Below are positions 63,733-64,000 of a stretch of 64,000 nt of DNA, piece by piece. Every line of letters begins with the position of its first letter. Within the stretch, counting starts at the first letter, position 1. Source of the DNA: a virus; the IMG/VR virus record IMGVR_UViG_3300045988_170206, positions 32,001-96,000 of that record; one strand, given 5' to 3'. A program made the position numbers and the translations under genes. The notes under the pieces were generated by a model that was not told where the DNA came from, ran no database searches, and saw only the letters and a program-made list of their open reading frames with translations.

Positions 63733-64000
63733 ATGAACATGCCCCGTAGTGCCATTGCGCGACGTAACGCCCGCCAGGCGCACACCCATGAGGCGCGCAG
63801 CCGTCTCGAATGGGCGGCAGAAGTCCGCGCCATCCTCGAAGCCGCCGCCACTACCTTCGACGAGACCGTGGTCCAGCAACAGATCACGGTCCCAGCGAAC
63901 CGCACGCGCGGCCCAGTGCAAGCACGAGGCATCCTGGACATGTGCCAGGCCCTCAGCATCGTAGGCATGGCTACCAGCACTCCAACCGGCGATATCATCC
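63733..64000 (+). CDS. Hypothetical protein, N-terminal part (runs off the right edge)
   Basis: ATG at 63733 gives MNMPRSAIARRNARQAHTHEARSRLEWAAEVRAILEAAATTFDE..., open to the edge. G/C-rich third positions. Confidence 0.5.
   Translation, partial: MNMPRSAIARRNARQAHTHEARSRLEWAAEVRAILEAAATTFDETVVQQQITVPANRTRGPVQARGILDMCQALSIVGMATSTPTGDII

Larger units (their letters stand above)
1..64000. mobile_element. Segment of a large conjugative plasmid or ICE (transfer-type arm plus replication/accessory arm). Element boundaries are not in the window.
   Basis: Two peptidoglycan hydrolases, a giant polytopic membrane protein, a TraG/VirD4-like P-loop protein, LPxTG adhesins with a sortase, an actin-like partition-type ATPase, an iteron array and ParB/HNH genes. 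No housekeeping genes seen. Confidence 0.6.

Noticed and set aside
43059-64000. Prophage interpretation of the right arm (lysozyme-like hydrolase, HNH, replication-organiser-like motif, XRE regulator)
   Set aside because: I could recognise no terminase, portal, capsid, tape-measure or integrase signature. The hydrolase is membrane-tethered, like T4SS hydrolases. The linked left arm is clearly transfer- and adhesion-type.
1-64000. Search for a relaxase, tyrosine/serine recombinase, VirB4-type ATPase, att sites, tRNA or IS elements
   Set aside because: None could be recognised by motif reading in any frame. ICE versus plasmid status and the element ends therefore cannot be decided from this window.

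Overview
High-GC DNA (about 60% or more by eye, with strong G/C third-position bias typical of Actinomycetota). It reads as a segment of a large conjugative plasmid or ICE, not core chromosome. I recognised no rRNA, tRNA, CRISPR array, transposase, integrase or relaxase. Two arms diverge from a ~530-bp hub at 42527-43058.

LEFT ARM (1-42526): every gene is on the minus strand, about 38 genes, and many junctions overlap as ATGA or GTGA. Hairpins divide it into three or four transcription units. Contents, from the hub outwards:
- a frameshifted nrdH;
- a 1526-aa protein with a TraG/VirD4-like P-loop, translationally coupled to a stand-alone J-domain protein;
- a ~490-bp array of about 18 same-orientation 21-bp-periodic iterons;
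- a regulator with a sigma-70 region-4-type HTH;
- a ParM/Alp-type actin-like ATPase, followed by a degenerate MinD/ParA-like protein and an RHH-like protein;
- an FHA / PP2C phosphatase / Hanks kinase triad;
- a 1463-aa Ig-repeat adhesin;
- a complete sortase-pilus cassette (LPxTG tip protein, YPKN/E-box shaft pilin, class C sortase);
- three paralogous signal-peptide/TM-hairpin proteins;
- a 1613-aa polytopic membrane protein;
- an NlpC/P60 hydrolase.

RIGHT ARM (43059-64000): mostly plus strand, about 27 genes, most of unknown function. Contents:
- two paralogous winged-helix proteins, candidates for replication initiation or organisation;
- a multi-copy protein family (GNEGCGxC N-domain and a TITxNG C-motif); the C-motif recurs in the C-terminus of the giant ATPase on the other arm;
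- a lower-GC islet with two small membrane proteins and a DUF262-like protein;
- HAD-like and XRE-HTH proteins;
- a lysozyme-like hydrolase with C-terminal TMs;
- a poly-acidic ParB/Srx-HNH fusion.
A GTAGTCCAA-type motif recurs in the intergenic regions of this arm.

All functional calls rest on motif reading by eye. None has been checked by search.
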